Shown here: piece by piece, positions 35,816 through 49,384 of the stretch
Layout of the letters: each line of letters opens with the position of its first letter
Position numbering within the stretch: the stretch's first letter is position 1
NCBI GenBank assembly: GCA_965287045.1
Contig: OZ336894.1
Span: forward strand, 14,942,001-15,006,000
Reading direction: 5' to 3'
Source of the DNA: Carcharhinus amblyrhynchos
Taxonomy: Eukaryota
Length of the DNA: 64,000 nucleotides
Position numbers and translations under genes: made by a program
Notes under the pieces: model-generated
What the model was told of the DNA's origin: nothing
Database searches by the model: none
What the model saw: the letters and a program-made list of their open reading frames with translations, nothing else

Positions 35816-36130
35816 TGTGATGTTAGTGTCCCTTTAAGAAAGTTTTTTTTGAAAAAATATGATTTTTGCAGCCCACAGCTTCAGTGGTTTCAGCAGGTCA
35901 GGTGATGGGAAGGATTTCAGTTTCATTTTGGCTGTAGTATTAGAGCAATTTTAGAAGCAAGCTGGAAAAGAAGTTTCTTTTTCTCTCTGTTTTGCATTGA
36001 AAATTTTACCAGTTAGGTGAAAGACTTGTTGCCATGCTGCAGTAATTAATCTGTGCTTTGGTGTTTTTGGGGAGCTGATACGACTGCAAGCTGCTTTGAG
36101 TTTTCAAGACCATTTGAAATCAGCATTCAA
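35816..36130 (+). mobile_element. Partial LTR, same family as 60807-61576
   Basis: TGTGATGTTAGTGTCCCTTTAAGAA matches CGTAATGTTAGTGTACCTTTAAGAA at 60807. Confidence 0.7.
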
Positions 36131-36410
36131 CTCCAGTGGCAGATGGATTAAAGGGTAGATGAGGAAATACATTTTTATGCAGAGTGTTGTGGGTGTCTGG
36201 AATTTACTGCCTGAGTTGGTGGTGGAAGCAGAGGCCCTGAACTTGTTTGAAAAAATACCTGATTCTGCATCTTAAGTGTTTTAAGTTGTAGGACTGAGGA
36301 CCATGTGCAGGAAGATGGGATTTGAAAGGGCACTTGGCTGTCTTTGGGTTAGCATGGACAAGAAAGGTCAAACAGCCCCCTTCTGACCTGTATCGTTTCT
36401 GTGGTTTCAA

Positions 36411-36995
36411 TGAATCGAATTGGCTGAAGACTGGAATTTGGATGCTGGGCTTTTCTGGAGGAAGCTAAGATGGGTCACCCACTTGGCACTCCTGGCTGAA
36501 AATTGTCCCAAATGCTTCAGCCTTTTTTGCATTGTTGTGTTGGGCTCCCCCATCGTTGAGGATGGGGATATTTGTGGATCCTTTCTTTCCTAGTGAGTTT
36601 TTTAATGGTCCACAACTATTCACAACTGGATGTGGCAGGACTGCAGAATCTCTATCTGATCTGTTGATTGTGGGATTCCTTAGCTCTATCACAAGCTGCT
36701 GATGTTTGGCATGGTAGTCCTCCTGTTTTGTAGCTTCACCTAGTTGACACTTCATTTTTAAGTATGCTTGGTACTGATCTGGGCATAACAACCCCCCTTT
36801 CCCCCACTGTACCAGAGTTGAACCCCTGCTTTGATGGTAATTGTAGAATGGAAAATATACTGGCCAAATGAGCTTATGGTTGAGTACAATTCTGCTGCTA
36901 CTGATGGCCCACAGCGCCTCATGGGTACCCAGTCTTGACTTGCTAGATCATTTTGAAAGCTTTCCCATTTAACATGAGGGTGGTGTACGCAACAT
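36411..36995 (-). mobile_element. CR1-group LINE family B fragment (EN-RT linker)
   Basis: ORF 36465-36791 contains NIPILNDGGAQH..KAEAFGTIFSQECQV; homologous to 11450-12000. Confidence 0.75.
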
Positions 36996-37712
36996 GCTGC
37001 AGGGGTTTCCTGAATGTGAAAAAGTAGACATTACTACCTTTTATGGTGCATTTATATCTCATTCCAATGAAATTTTAATTCATTTTAGTTTCAGGTACAT
37101 TTTTAAAATATCGCCATTTGAGTTGCACTGTTGCACAAATCACCATTTACTGTCGGGAAATGAAAGAAACCTTTTCGCTTTATGTTTTCCATCTATGTAG
37201 ATGTATTTTGTAGTGAGTAGAAATTTCAAACGTTTTTGCTGGTTAACTAAATTTAACTACGAAGGGAAGTATTTACAACATGCTACTCTGCAATTATATC
37301 ACATGATTTTTTATATTGAATTAAAGGGCACACCCTCCCACAAATGTCATGTTTGCCAAAATAGTATAGCATTGAATAAAGTTAGATTATGGTTGAAGTT
37401 GGAATTACGAAATAAGACTGCTGGAAGTGAAGTCTGATGAATAAGGCCTTCCAAGGATACTGTATGCAAACAAATGATGAGATTTTGACTTCAGTTCCAT
37501 TATAACAATCTAATTTATGGAGCTAAAACTGTGAAATACTGAGTTTGAGTCACAAGTGTAATTTTGTTAGGCAAAATTTTGGTATTCATTGTGCTAAGGC
37601 TGTTAGGCCGCACAGTGGTGATTTTGTGGAATATGCAATGTTTCTCACTGCCTACTTTTAAAGAAAGCTTTGTGTTGAAGAGAATCAACATCTTGGATTT
37701 AGCTCTTCTAAA

Positions 37713-37775
37713 ATGCGAAGAGTGCTGTACAAATGTAAGCGGTTGTTGTTGCAAAACTCGCCTGAAAGTAAACAG
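37713..37775 (+). CDS. Candidate short first coding exon MRRVLYKCKRLLLQNSPESKQ (host gene unknown)
   Basis: Non-repetitive context, ATG with A at -3, 21 open codons and a consensus donor CAG|GTAAGT; no recognised homology. Confidence 0.25.
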
Positions 37776-37805
37776 GTAAGTGTTTCCATGTGCCAACAAG
37801 TTTAG

Positions 37806-38778
37806 CAGAAATTGAACACGATCTGGAGGAGGGGGCTGAGTGTAGGGTAACAAAATTTGCTGATGACACGAAGATGAGTGGAAAAGCGAATTGCGTGGAG
37901 GATGTGGAAAGTCTGCAGAGAGATCTGGAAAGGCTGAGTGAGTGGGCGAGGACCTGGCAGATAGAGTATAACGTTAGCAAATGTGAGGTTATCCACTTTG
38001 GTAGAAATAATAGGAAGAAATATTATTTAAAGGGTGAAAAGCTGCAGCGTGCTACTGTGCAGAGGGACCTGGGGGTTCTTGTGCACGAATCACAAAAACT
38101 CAGTCAGCAGGCGATCAAGAAGGCGAATGGAATGTTGGCTTTCATCGCGAGGTGGCAAGAATATAAAAGCAGGGAGGTCTTGCTGCAACTGTACAAGGCA
38201 TTGGTGAGGCTGCAACTAGAGTACTGTATGGAGTTTTGGTACCCTTATTTGTGAAAGGATATAGTGGCCTTGGAGGGAGCACAGAGAAGGTTCACCAGGC
38301 TGATACCGGAGATGAGGTGGTTAGCTTATGAGGAGAGATTAAATAAACTGGGCGTGTACTCATTGAAGTTTAGAAGGCTGAGGGGGGATCTTATAGATAC
38401 TTACAAGATAATGAAGGGGCTAGATAGGGTAGAGGTAGAGAGATTCTTCCCACTTAGAAAGGAAAACAGAACTAGAGGGCATAGCCTCAAAATAAGTGGG
38501 GGGGGGGGGCAGCTTAGAACAGAGTTGAAGAGGAACTTCTTCACTCAAAGGGTGGTGAATCTCTGGAATTCTCTGTCCATTGAAGTGGTGGAGGCTACCT
38601 CGTTGAATATATTTCAGTTATGGGTAGATAGATTTCTGATAGACAAGGGAATTAAGGGTTATGGGGAGAAAGCGGGAAAGTGGAACTGATCCACTGCAGA
38701 TCATCCATGATCTTATTGAATGGCGGGGCAGGCTCGAAGGGCTAGATGGCCTCCTCCTGCTCCTATTTCTCATGTTTT
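37806..38778 (+). mobile_element. CR1/HER1 LINE, 5'-truncated
   Basis: ORFs 37790-38254 and 38264-38689 (KFADDTK...NFFTQRVVNLWNSL), closely related to the 17816 copy. Confidence 0.95.
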
Positions 38779-38829
38779 TAGGAATAATCTGGCTTGACAG
38801 TAATTTTAACTAATTCAGGATCAACAAGG

Positions 38830-41800
38830 TCACCTATGTGCGGACCCATAAGAGATGGTTGAGATCCTAAATGAGTAGTTCTCATCAGCATTTACTGTTG
38901 AGAATGGCATGTATGTTAGGGAACTCAGGAAAATAAATACTGATGTCTTGAGGAGTATATATATTAAGGAGAAGGTGGTGCTGGAAGCCTTAAAGCGCAT
39001 CAAGGTAGATAAATCTCTAGGTCCAGATGAAGTGTATCCCAAGACATTGTGAGAAGTTAGGGAGGAAATTGTGGGTCTGCTAGCAGAGATATTTGGATCA
39101 TTGACAACCACAGGTGAGATGCCTGAAGATTGGAAGGCAACAAATCTTGTGCCTTTGTTTAAGAAGAGCTGCAAGGAAAAGTCTAGGAATGACAGGCCGG
39201 TGAGCCTAACATCTTTAGTGGGTAAGTTGTTAGATGATATTATGAGAGTCCGGATCTACAGGCAGATAGAGAGGCAAGGACTGATTAGGGACAAGCGGCA
39301 TGGTTTTGAGGAAAATCATGTCTTACAAATCTGATTGAATTCTTTGAAGGGATAACCAAGAAGGTCGATGAGGGTAGTACAGTTGATGTTGTCTACATGG
39401 ATGTGAGCAAGGCCTTTGACAAGGTACCACATGATAGGTTGTTGCTTTAGGTTAAACCTCACAGGATCCAGGGTGAGGTAGCCAAATGGATACAAAATTG
39501 ACTTGATGACAGAAGACAATGTGGTTGTAGAGGGTTGTTTTTCAAACTGGAGGCCTGTGACCAGAGGTGTGCTTCAGGGATCGGTGCTGGGTCCCCTGTT
39601 AGTTCTCATTTCTTTTAACGATTTGGATGAGAATTTGGGAAGCATGGTTAGTAAGTTTGCAGATGACACCAAGGTTGGTGGCATAGTGGATAGTGAAAAA
39701 GCTATCTAGAATTGCAATGGGATCTTGATCGTTTGGGCCAGTGAGCTAATGAATATCCACTGGAGTTTAATTTAGATAAATGCAAGGTGACGCGTTTTGA
39801 TAGAACGAACCAGTCAGGATTCAGTTAGTGGTAGGATGTGGGGGAGAGTTATAGAACAAAGATCTAGCGGTGCACGCTCATGGCTCCTTGAAAGTAGAGT
39901 AATAGGTGAGCAGAGTGATGAAGAAGGCATTCGGCATGCTTGGTTTCATGTCAGAACGTTGAATACAGGAGTTGGGACATCTTGTTGAAGTTGTACAAGA
40001 TATTGGAAAGGCCACACTTGGAATACAGTTTTCAGTTTTGGTTAGCCTATTATATGTAGAAATTATATTATTGAACTAGAAGAAGTGCAGAAAAGATAGA
40101 CTAGGATGCTACCAGGACTTGAGGATTTGTATTATAAGGAGAGGTTCAATAGATGTGGACTTTTTTCTCTGGAGCATTGGAGACTTAGGGGTGATCTTAT
40201 AGGGCTTTATACAATAATGAGGAGCATAAATCAGCTTGACAGTCAACATCTTTTCTCAAAGATAAGGTAGTCTAAAACTAGAGGGCAAAAGTGATACAAA
40301 TGGGTCCAGAGGGGCAATATTTTCACAGAGGGTGGTAAGTGTCTAGAACAAGCTGACAGGTGGTAGTAGAGGCAGGTAAAATTTTTTCTTTCAAAAAAAC
40401 ATTCAGTTACATGAGTAAGATGGGTATAGAGGGATATAGAACATAGAACATAACAGCGCAGTACAGGCCCTTCGGCCCTTGATGTTGTGCCAACCTGTGA
40501 AACCAATGTAAAGCCCATCTAACCTACACTATTCCAATATCATCCATATGTTTATCCACTGACCATTTAAATGCCGTTAATGTTGGCGAGTCCATTACTG
40601 TTGCAGGCAGGGTATTCCACATCCTTACTACTCTGAATAAAGAACCTACCTCTGACATCTGTCCTATATCTATCACCCCTCAATTTAAAGATATGTCCCC
40701 TCATGCTAGCCATCTCCATCCGAGGAAAAAGACTCTCTCTGTCCACCCTATCTAATCCTCTGATCATCTTGTATGCCTCTATTAGGTCACCTCTTAATCT
40801 TCTCTCTAATGAAAACAGCCTCAAGTCCCTCAGCCTTTCCTCAAGACTGTTCCATGATACCAGGCAACATCCTGGTAAATCTCCTCTGCACTCTTTCCAA
40901 TGCTTCCACATCCTTCCTATAATGTGGCGACCAGAACCGTATGCAATACTCCAAGTGCAGCCGCACCAGAGTTTTGTACAGCTGCAACATGACCTCATGG
41001 CTCCGAAACGCAATCCCTCTACCAATAAAAGCTAAGGCACTGTATACCTTCTTAACAACCCTATCAACCTGGGTGCCAACTTTCAGGGATCTATGCACAT
41101 GGACACCGAAATCTCTCTGCTCATCCACACTACCAATATCTTACCATTAGCCCAGTACTCTCTATTCCTGTTACTCCTTCCAGAGTGAATCACTTCACAC
41201 TTTTCTGCATTAAACGCCATTTGCCACCTCTCAGTCCAGCTCTGCAGCGTATCTATGTCCCTCTGTAACCTGCAACACCCTTCTGCACTGTCCACAACTC
41301 CACCGACTTTAATGTCATCTGCAAATTTACTAACCCATCCTTGTATGCCCTCAACCAGGTTACTTATAGAAATGACAAACAGCAGTGGCCCCAAAACAGG
41401 TCCTTGCGGTACAGCACTAGCAACTGAACTCCAGGATGAATATCTCCCATCAACCATCACCCTCTGTCTTCTTACAGCTAGCCAATTTCTGATCCAAATT
41501 GCTAAATCACCCTCAATCCCATGCCTCCATATCTTCTGCAATATCTTATCGTGGGGATCCTTATCAAATGCTTTACTGAAATCCATATACACCACATCAA
41601 CTGTTTTACCCTCATCCACCTCTTTGGTCACCTTCTCAAAGAACTCAATAAGGTTTGTGAGGCATGACCTACCCTCTCAAAACCGTGTTAACTATCCCTA
41701 ATCAAATTATTCCTTTCTAGATGATTATAAATCCTATCTCTTATAATCCTTTCCAAAACTTTGCCCGTGATAGAAGTATGGCTCACTGGTCTATAATTAC

Positions 41801-42030
41801 CAGGATTGTCTCTACTCCCCTTCTTGAACAAGCAGACAACATTTGCTATCCTTCAGTCTTCTGGCACTATTCCTGTAGACAGTGGTGACCTAAAGATCAA
41901 AGCCGAAGGCTCTGCAATCTATGGGCCAAACAAGGGCAATTCGGACCAGCTCAGTAGTTTAAAAACAAAGGGACAGTGTGGAAAGTTAGGCTGAAGGGCC
42001 TGTTTCCATGTAGTTAACCTCTATGACTCA
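38830..42030 (+). mobile_element. Degraded CR1 LINE split by a nested antisense CR1
   Basis: PEDWKATNLVPLFKK, GVLQGSVLGP, KFADDTK; 3' UTR broken at GAGGGATAT(40437)|GGGCCAAA(41923). Confidence 0.88.
40436..41920 (-). mobile_element. CR1/HER1 LINE nested in the 3' UTR of another CR1
   Basis: ORFs 41083-41631, 40841-41128 and 40567-41025 (YMDFSKAFDK, KFADD); (TTCTATG)n tail at 40436-40452. Confidence 0.93.
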
Positions 42031-42306
42031 GTGTGCCAAGACATTGTCATTTTGAAATTTTCAAATTATTTTCTGCAGCATCTTGTTTTGTCTTTGCCTT
42101 CAGGAAGTACATCCTACCCTTGCTCAACATCAACCAGATTGATTTCCTTCTCTCCCTCTAATTCGAGCTCTGGTTTTGAGGCCAATTGTATGACTACTGG
42201 CATCAGTTGACTTAGTGTCAATTAATCCTTCTTTTCCAAATTGTTCTTGGTAATGCATTTGAAAGTTTGTTGAGATTACAGTGAAATCCTACTGTTCGTA
42301 TGGGGT

Positions 42307-43360
42307 TATAAGAACACAAGAACTAGGAGCAGGAGTAGGCCATCTGGCCTCTTGAGCCTGCTCCACCATTCAAAAAGATCCGGGCTGATCTTTTTTGTGG
42401 ACTCGGCTCCGCTTACCTGCCCTCTCACCATAACCTTTAATTCCTTTACTCTTCAAAAATTTACCTATCCTTGCCTTAAAAACATTCAGTGGGGTAGCCT
42501 CAACTACTTCACTGGACAGGGAATTTCACAGATTAACAACCCCTTGTGTGAAGAAGTTCCTCCTCAACTCAGTCCTAAATCTGCTTCCCCTTATTTTGAG
42601 GCTATGCCCCCTAGTTCTAGTTTTACCTGCCAGTGGAAACAACTTCCCTGCTTCTACCTTATCTATTCCCTTTATAATCTTTTATGTTTCCTTAAGATCG
42701 CCCCTTATTCTTCTGAATTCCAATGAGTATAGCCCCAGTCTCCTCATAAGCTAACCCTCTCAACTCCGGAATCAACCCAGTGAATCTCCTCTGCACCCAC
42801 TCCAGTGCCAGTATATCCTTTCTCAAGTAAGGAAACCAAAACTGTACACAGTACTCCAGGTGTGGCCTCACCAACACCTTATACAGCTGCAACATATTCT
42901 TGCTGTTTTTAAACCCCATCCCTCTAGCAATGATGGAAAAAATTCCATTTGCCGCCTTAATTACTAGCTGCACCTGCTAACCAATTCCTTGAGATTCCTG
43001 CACAAGGACACCCAGATCTCTCTGCATAGCAGCATGCTGCAATTTTTTATCATTTAAATAATAGTCAATTTTGCTGTTATTCCTACCAAAGTAGATGACC
43101 TCAGATTTATTAACATTTTACTCCATCTGCCAGATCTGTGCCCACACTTAGATTATCTACATCCCTTTGTAGACTTTCAGCGTCCTCTGCACACCTTGCT
43201 GTTCCACCCATCTTAGTGTCATGTGAATTTTGACATACTATACTCGGTCCCCAACTCCAAATCATCTATGTAAATCGTAAACAATTGCCAGCCCAACACT
43301 GATCCCTGAGGCACACCACTACTTACTGATCACCAACCAGAAAAACACCCGTTTACCCTT
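42307..43360 (-). mobile_element. CR1/HER1 LINE, 5'-truncated
   Basis: GVPQGSVL at ~43300, LYKVLVRPHLEYCVQFW, tail CCTACTCCTGCTCCTAGTTCTTGTGTTCTTA. Confidence 0.92.
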
Positions 43361-43893
43361 GATAGTTATGATAGTCATGATAGTTATGCTCCTGTCAAAC
43401 CTTGTAAATGCTGAAATTGCAAATGATGACCATACTTTCCAATAGGAATCAATTAGATAGGTTCCAGCCATCCTAAAATTTTGTGCATAAAGGATCAAAC
43501 CTCTTCTAATAAATTTAAAGCAAAATTTACTGGAGAAATTAAGTAAAACAAGAAAAATGTGAAATTTGTCACACAGTACTTTGCTTGAGAATGGAAATGG
43601 ACTGTGATGAGTAATTAAAACACAGCAACTAGGAACATCTACATGCAAAGAATGGCAGTAGATGAAAATGCAGTCGCACTTTCACTGCAGAGAAACATTG
43701 TTGACACATTACTTTTTTTCAAAATTTTGGTGGTTTTCCTTTTTCAGCATTTTCTAAAGCTGGCTTCTATTTTGTAATTTAAAACCATGGACAAGTGAAT
43801 ATTTGACCTCGGAATGGATGAATTGGTACACAAATACTTTTCACAGATAAATAACTTTATCATAGAGGAAAGTTTGTAATCAATCCTAACTTT

Positions 43894-44170
43894 GTTTATT
43901 AATTTGTCGCAAGTACGGCTTACATGAACACTGCAATGAAGTTACTGCGAAATTCCCCTCGTTGCCAACTCCGGCACCTGTTCGGGTCAACACACCTAAC
44001 CAGCGTGTCTTCTGGACTGTGGGAGGAAGCTAGAGCACGTGGAGGAAACCCATGCAGACATGGGGAGAACATGCAAACTTCACACAGACAGTGACCCAAG
44101 CTAGAAATTGAACCCAGGTTCCTGGTGTTGAGAGGCAGCAGTGCTAACCACTGTACCACCATGCCTCCCA
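43894..44170 (-). mobile_element. HE1-like V-SINE with alternative tail
   Basis: Head, V-domain and the CAGTAACTTCATTGCAGTGTT tail shared with 33214. Confidence 0.88.
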
Positions 44171-44459
44171 CCAGTTTCTAAATGGTGGGATTTTACTGCA
44201 GGTGACACTTGTCCATGATGCTCAATTGTATATTTTCATCTAATAACTGTGATATTTATCAAATGTGTCTATGTGGGAAAATAATTGCCCTATTTTAAAA
44301 ATTGCTTGAAAAGGAAAATGTATGCCTAAAGTTGTATTTGGGAGAATTGCTTTTCATTTTTTAAGGGAGGTGCGAATATGAAGTTGAGTTTCCAATCAGA
44401 TCAGCCAAGCGGCCTTCTACTGCTTCTCATTTCATATGTTCGTATGAACCCAATAACTT

Positions 44460-44596
44460 CAGTTGGTGCCCTTGTTCTTGGCAGTTATTTACTGAGCCAC
44501 AGCAAAGTGCTGTGATTTACTTACTTTAGATAAGGTGAGGAGGAAGACTCTGAGAGCTGGGGTCAAACCCATGTAGCCAACTGAGCTAATCAGCTC
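44460..44596 (-). mobile_element. Old tRNA-derived SINE fragment
   Basis: Minus strand GAGCTGATTAGCTCAGTTGG (A-box) followed by GGGTTTGACCCC. Confidence 0.4.
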
Positions 44597-44944
44597 AACT
44601 GATACCAATATATACGTTTTAAAAATCTAAGAATCATTGAAATATTAGAAAAACAGTCCCCTGTAATTTACAGCGCAGTAAATTTTTAAAAATTAGTGTG
44701 CAGTTTGAAAAGGGTAAAGGAGTTATGTATGCATTGTGAAATGAATGGGAACTGGGAATTTGATTCTCATCTTTACTCTTTTTTGACTTGGATTTAATGG
44801 AGTAGTTATAAAAAAAAATTAATTGTCTAGAATGTAGTATGATCGTTCCCACATGTTGTTCACTGTTAAAAATATAAGTCACATTACCTTATTTATTTGG
44901 TTGGAGGGAGTGGCAACAGTACAGAGGAAAGAAGTGATGGTTAG

Positions 44945-45258
44945 AATAGAATAGAATCATACAGTGCGTTCGGCCCATTGAGTCTACGCCGACCCCAATC
45001 CCACACAGGCTTTTTTCCCATAACCCCATGCATTTATCCGAACTAGTCCCCCTGACACTAAGGGGCAATTAAGCATGGCGAATCCACCTAACCCACCCAT
45101 CTTTGGACTGTGGGAAGAAACTGGAGCTTTCGGACAAAACTCACACAGACACAGGGAGAATGTTTGTGCGGAGTTTGCACAGTGATCCAAGCCAGGAACT
45201 GAAACTGGGTCCCTGGTGCTGAGGAAGCAGTGCTAACCACTGTGCCACTGTGCTGCCC
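44945..45258 (-). mobile_element. HE1 (V-SINE)
   Basis: GGGCAGCACAGTGGCACAGTGGTTAGCACTGC head, V-domain and (TTCTA)n tail. Confidence 0.92.
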
Positions 45259-45269
45259 AGGAATTAGAT

Positions 45270-45705
45270 TAACTCTAATTTCTCGAATGAGAGGGTTGTC
45301 CTATCAAATATTCTGAATCTGTATTCCTTGGAGCTTACTCAAGCATATACAATTCTGAGTCGGGTTTGACTGAAAGGATGGTGACATGTTTTCACTAATG
45401 GGACAGTTGCGAAAAGGGCCATACCTACAAGATAAAGGACCGGTCATTTAAAATTGAAATGTGTGTGGAGAAATTTCATGTTGCAGAGGGTGGTTAATCT
45501 CTGGAATTCTCTGCTCCAAAGGCTGGTGGATGCAGGAGCATTAGAAGTATTTAAAGTGGAGGTGGATAAATATTTGATAGATCAAGGAATAGAGAGGGCT
45601 GTGGGAAAATGGCACAGAGAAGTTGAAGCCAGCTTAGATCGTATTGAATGGCAGGGCATGCTTGAAGGGCCTGGTGTCTTCCTCCTGCTTTTATTTGTGT
45701 TTTGG
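45270..45705 (+). mobile_element. Old CR1 3' fragment
   Basis: RNFMLQRVVNLWNSLLQRLVDAGALEVFKVEVDKYL. Confidence 0.8.
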
Positions 45706-46486
45706 TGTGGGTGTACCTACAGTACTGTGGCCTACTAGTACATTGCTAAAGAATCATGTTCTCGAGGACAATTGGGGACGGGCAGTAAATGCTGGCTAAG
45801 CCAGCGACACCTACATTTCATGAACAAATACTGAAATATTCTAAAACACAGTGGAAGATCATTTCAGTCCCATGTTCTGCACAGTGATGTTACAACTAAG
45901 GATATTGGACTACAAGATGCTCAAGGATGATAAAACACAACTTCAAACTCAATTTCGACTTTAATACAAATGTAAGAATTAAAATTTTGATTTTGGGTGG
46001 AATAATTTCTTTGGGAATTAACACGTGTAAATTTGTTTGGGGTATATTCACTTGAGTTGATTGTCAGACCCGTTTGTACAAAAAAATTGGCCAGTCTAGA
46101 TGTTCTGCATGATGGCACAATTACATTAATTGCCATATATTTGTGTTAGCACAGATTTAATCAGTTCTTTTCAGAGGTTCATTAATAATTAGTTCTTGTT
46201 GTGAATTAAATAAAAAGCAAGGTAATTATTTGATGTGTATTGCTTACTTGAAGCCTTTTGAAATACTAATGGTAAATGTATTTGCCCGTAGCAATATTCC
46301 TTAAACAGGTGCTTATTCTATTCCGTATTCTCCATTTTAAAAGCATGTCCCACTTTTGTCTGGAATAGCTGTTAGTCTGTACGCTTTCCCATTGTCGACA
46401 GCTTATTCATCTTGTTATGGTGAAAGCTGTAATGTTGTCTGTAAGACGCTAGGCTATTGAATGCAGTCTCTTGAAAAACCTTTGGT

Positions 46487-46846
46487 GATTGGCTGTTGCG
46501 GAGGAATTCAGCTTGTAGAGAATGTGTGAACACCATCTGCTGTAGGGGGTTGCAGCCAGTGTGCAGCTGGCTCTGCAGGCTTTCAGCTGAAGAGACTGTA
46601 GCAACTCCTGATTTAACTTGCAAGTTTCTAAACTTTATCTTCTTCTCTTGAGTTTTATGTGTTGAATATTGTTCTTGCTTGCAGTGATTAGTTTATGTGC
46701 TGTTACTTGGAATTGAAGCAAAATTGAAAGAGGAAAATTACAAAAGGATGGCAACTTGTTGCTTTTGGCCTCTGATATGAAGAGGGAAATCCAACGTTCT
46801 TTTCGGCATTTGTTCGTGCCTAGTTAATCAGCAGTTAAAGGTAGGA
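46487..46846 (+). promoter_or_regulatory. Possible alternative promoter or non-coding first exon
   Basis: Repeat-free island with a reverse CCAAT box (ATTGG, 46488), two short uORFs and donor-like AAG|GTAGGA at 46840/46841. Confidence 0.2.
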
Positions 46847-48221
46847 TCTTGTTCCAGATAAGTAGCTTTAAATAAAGCGCAGTGTTCATGTTTTGAGAGA
46901 ATGTAAGAGAGTGCTGTTTCTCCAACAAGTCCTTGTTTGCTGATTTGTAAAACAGATGTACTCTTTTTTTCCCACTAACTTGTCTACGTGAAGTTCCTTA
47001 GGATTCCTTTTTATTTTGGTTTGTGACGTTTGGCATAATTTAGCCCTTTTTTTAATTAACAAAGTGGGATCATTTTCTTTTGTATGCTTAAGTCCAAAGT
47101 GTAATTCTTCAGTAAATCTTTTCAAGTCTGGGAAGTACTGGTGACCGTCCACAACTGCTATTTACCCTATGTAAATGTAATCAGGATTAAAGCATTTCTG
47201 ATTAATTTGTTTTTGCTGTATTGTAGCCTGCGTGTTGCTTGTTACTCTAAGAACTATAATATGTTAATTACTTTTAATTTCTGACTGGAGATCGCATAAT
47301 TTGTAAAGAGATGAGCAGTCATGTTTATTTCTCTCAACCCACTCCCCCAACCCACTCTCCATTTCCCTTCCCACTTTTATTTTTCACAGCATGCACAAAT
47401 GCACTTTCAGGAGAAATTCTCCGATGGCAATCGGGTCTAAGAACCCTGCTACCTTTTCCCCCTGCCAAACCTAGTTTGGGGTTGAAGAGGCTAATGATTA
47501 CAAATCCTGCTACCCTGGGTAATTCAGTACAGCTGGGATTGAACTGGAACCTTCCTGATTTGTATGATTTAACTGTCTGTTAGGTAAACTTGTTGAATTA
47601 TCATACCATGAACAGTCAGATGTTTGGTTTCATGGTTGTGAATGTAAATGGTTTTGATATGATATATGTACAAAGTGAGCTTTTCTAGGGTGACATAGTT
47701 TTAACTATTTTGAAACACGCATCTGAGGCAGGCTTGTTGGATATTGACCCAGCTGCAAACGGAAAACTAATTTTTAAAATATTTCTAATTAGTTACAAAA
47801 ATATTGTTGATACAAATTGACAACTGTGATTGCAAATTCATGTTGTAATTTTATTTTCATCGTTCTCCATTCTAAAGGGTGGGGAGACATATTATGAGGC
47901 CCATACTTGTACCAGTCCCCTGGGAGTGGGAGTGTAAGTGCTAAGCCTAATCTCCAGATTTCCCTACTTTGACTACCCAAATGCAGTTGGAAGCTCAATG
48001 AGAATTGATTGCACAGACCCACAGCCTACCTCTATCATACTTTCCTGCTGGCCCCAAAAACTGTGACTTTTTAATTCATTGAGAAGCAAAATACATGCCA
48101 TGTTGAGTACAGGGCATTTTCAACTTTTATACATGGGATAATACAACTCAAATGAATTTCAAATGTGCTTTCTTATAGTGATTTTAATCTCAAGAAATTG
48201 TATGATAGCCAATATAGTTCT

Positions 48222-48510
48222 AAGTTTATTTATTACTGTAACAAATAATCTTACAATAACGATGCAGTTACCCTGAAAATCCCCTAGTTGTTACACTCCA
48301 GTGCCTGTTTGGATATACTGAGGGAGAATTTAGCATGGCCAATGCATCTAATCAGCACATCTTTCTGACTGTGGGAGGAAACCAGGGCACCCGGAGGAAA
48401 CCCACACACAGGGAGAATGTGCGGAGTCCACACAGTGACCCAAGCTGCAAATTGAACCAGGGTCCCTGGTGCTATGAGACAGCAGGACTAACTGCCATGC
48501 CACCCCATTG
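48222..48510 (-). mobile_element. HE1-like V-SINE with alternative tail
   Basis: V-domain and CTAGGGGATTTTCA..TAAC tail as at 33214. Confidence 0.82.
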
Positions 48511-49064
48511 CCTTGCCTAACTGGTCTTTCTTGAATATGTTTTTTGCAAAAGTACTGGAATACCTTTGTTTTTCTTTGAATAATCCTGAGGAAATGAATG
48601 AGAGACATACAAATTAATATGCATATTTTTAATTAGTATTCTCTGAGCATCAAAAGCAGAAAGAGAATGCATACATCTTCATGTCTATTAAATGTAACCT
48701 GCTAAAATGCTATTGGAGGAAAATCCTATCACATTCCTGCCACGTTATCTAATGTTTAGGTTCAACATTACAGTCAGTCATAATACCTTTGATGGATTGT
48801 GTCAATCCTGTACCTTAGTTCAATCTGCTTGTCAGAAAATTAAAAAATTAATATGGAATTGTTTGCTTTGATTTCACATTCTCTTTCACTTTCTTCACTT
48901 CCCTAAATTCTTCTTTACACTCTCAAGAACAGTGGACATGGGGTATGTTATTGCAACAAGTACTGGGAGCTGCAGCAGTCAATGTCTCACACATTGTAAT
49001 TGTGGCTCCAGTGTACATCATCAGGCATTTGACTTTAAAACCAAGCTCAATCTTGCCCCCCGCA

Positions 49065-49102
49065 ACACACGCGCGTGCACACATGCACACGCGCACACAC
49101 AC
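49065..49102. repeat. Alternating purine-pyrimidine (CA/CG) microsatellite
   Basis: ACACACGCGCGTGCACACATGCACACGCGCACACACAC. Confidence 0.8.
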
Positions 49103-49384
49103 TCTTATTTTTCTTTAATGACTTGTTATAGGCTGCTTAGAGTTTTATCTTGCAATCCCCTATGTGTTATTGTAATTACTGTCTAGCACTTCAATTTTCT
49201 TAATTACACAGTATTGGGTGGTAACTAAAAGCAGATGCTGTTGGCTATAGTATGACTTCTGCTGTTTATTCATCCATTTTACTTCAGCTCTTTAGAAGTT
49301 TTGTGAATCCATCCTGTTGGTAGAATGAAATACCACAGGCCAAGAAGGCTCTTCGAACGCTGTAAATTTTTAAAAAAAAGTTTG

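Larger units (their letters stand above)
33950..36410 (+). mobile_element. Old CR1 LINE hosting several insertions
   Basis: DWENAYVVLLF, NYR|VSLTSVV, GKSCRTNFIEFFEEV, GKFADDTKIG; 3' end at 36135-36410. Confidence 0.8.
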
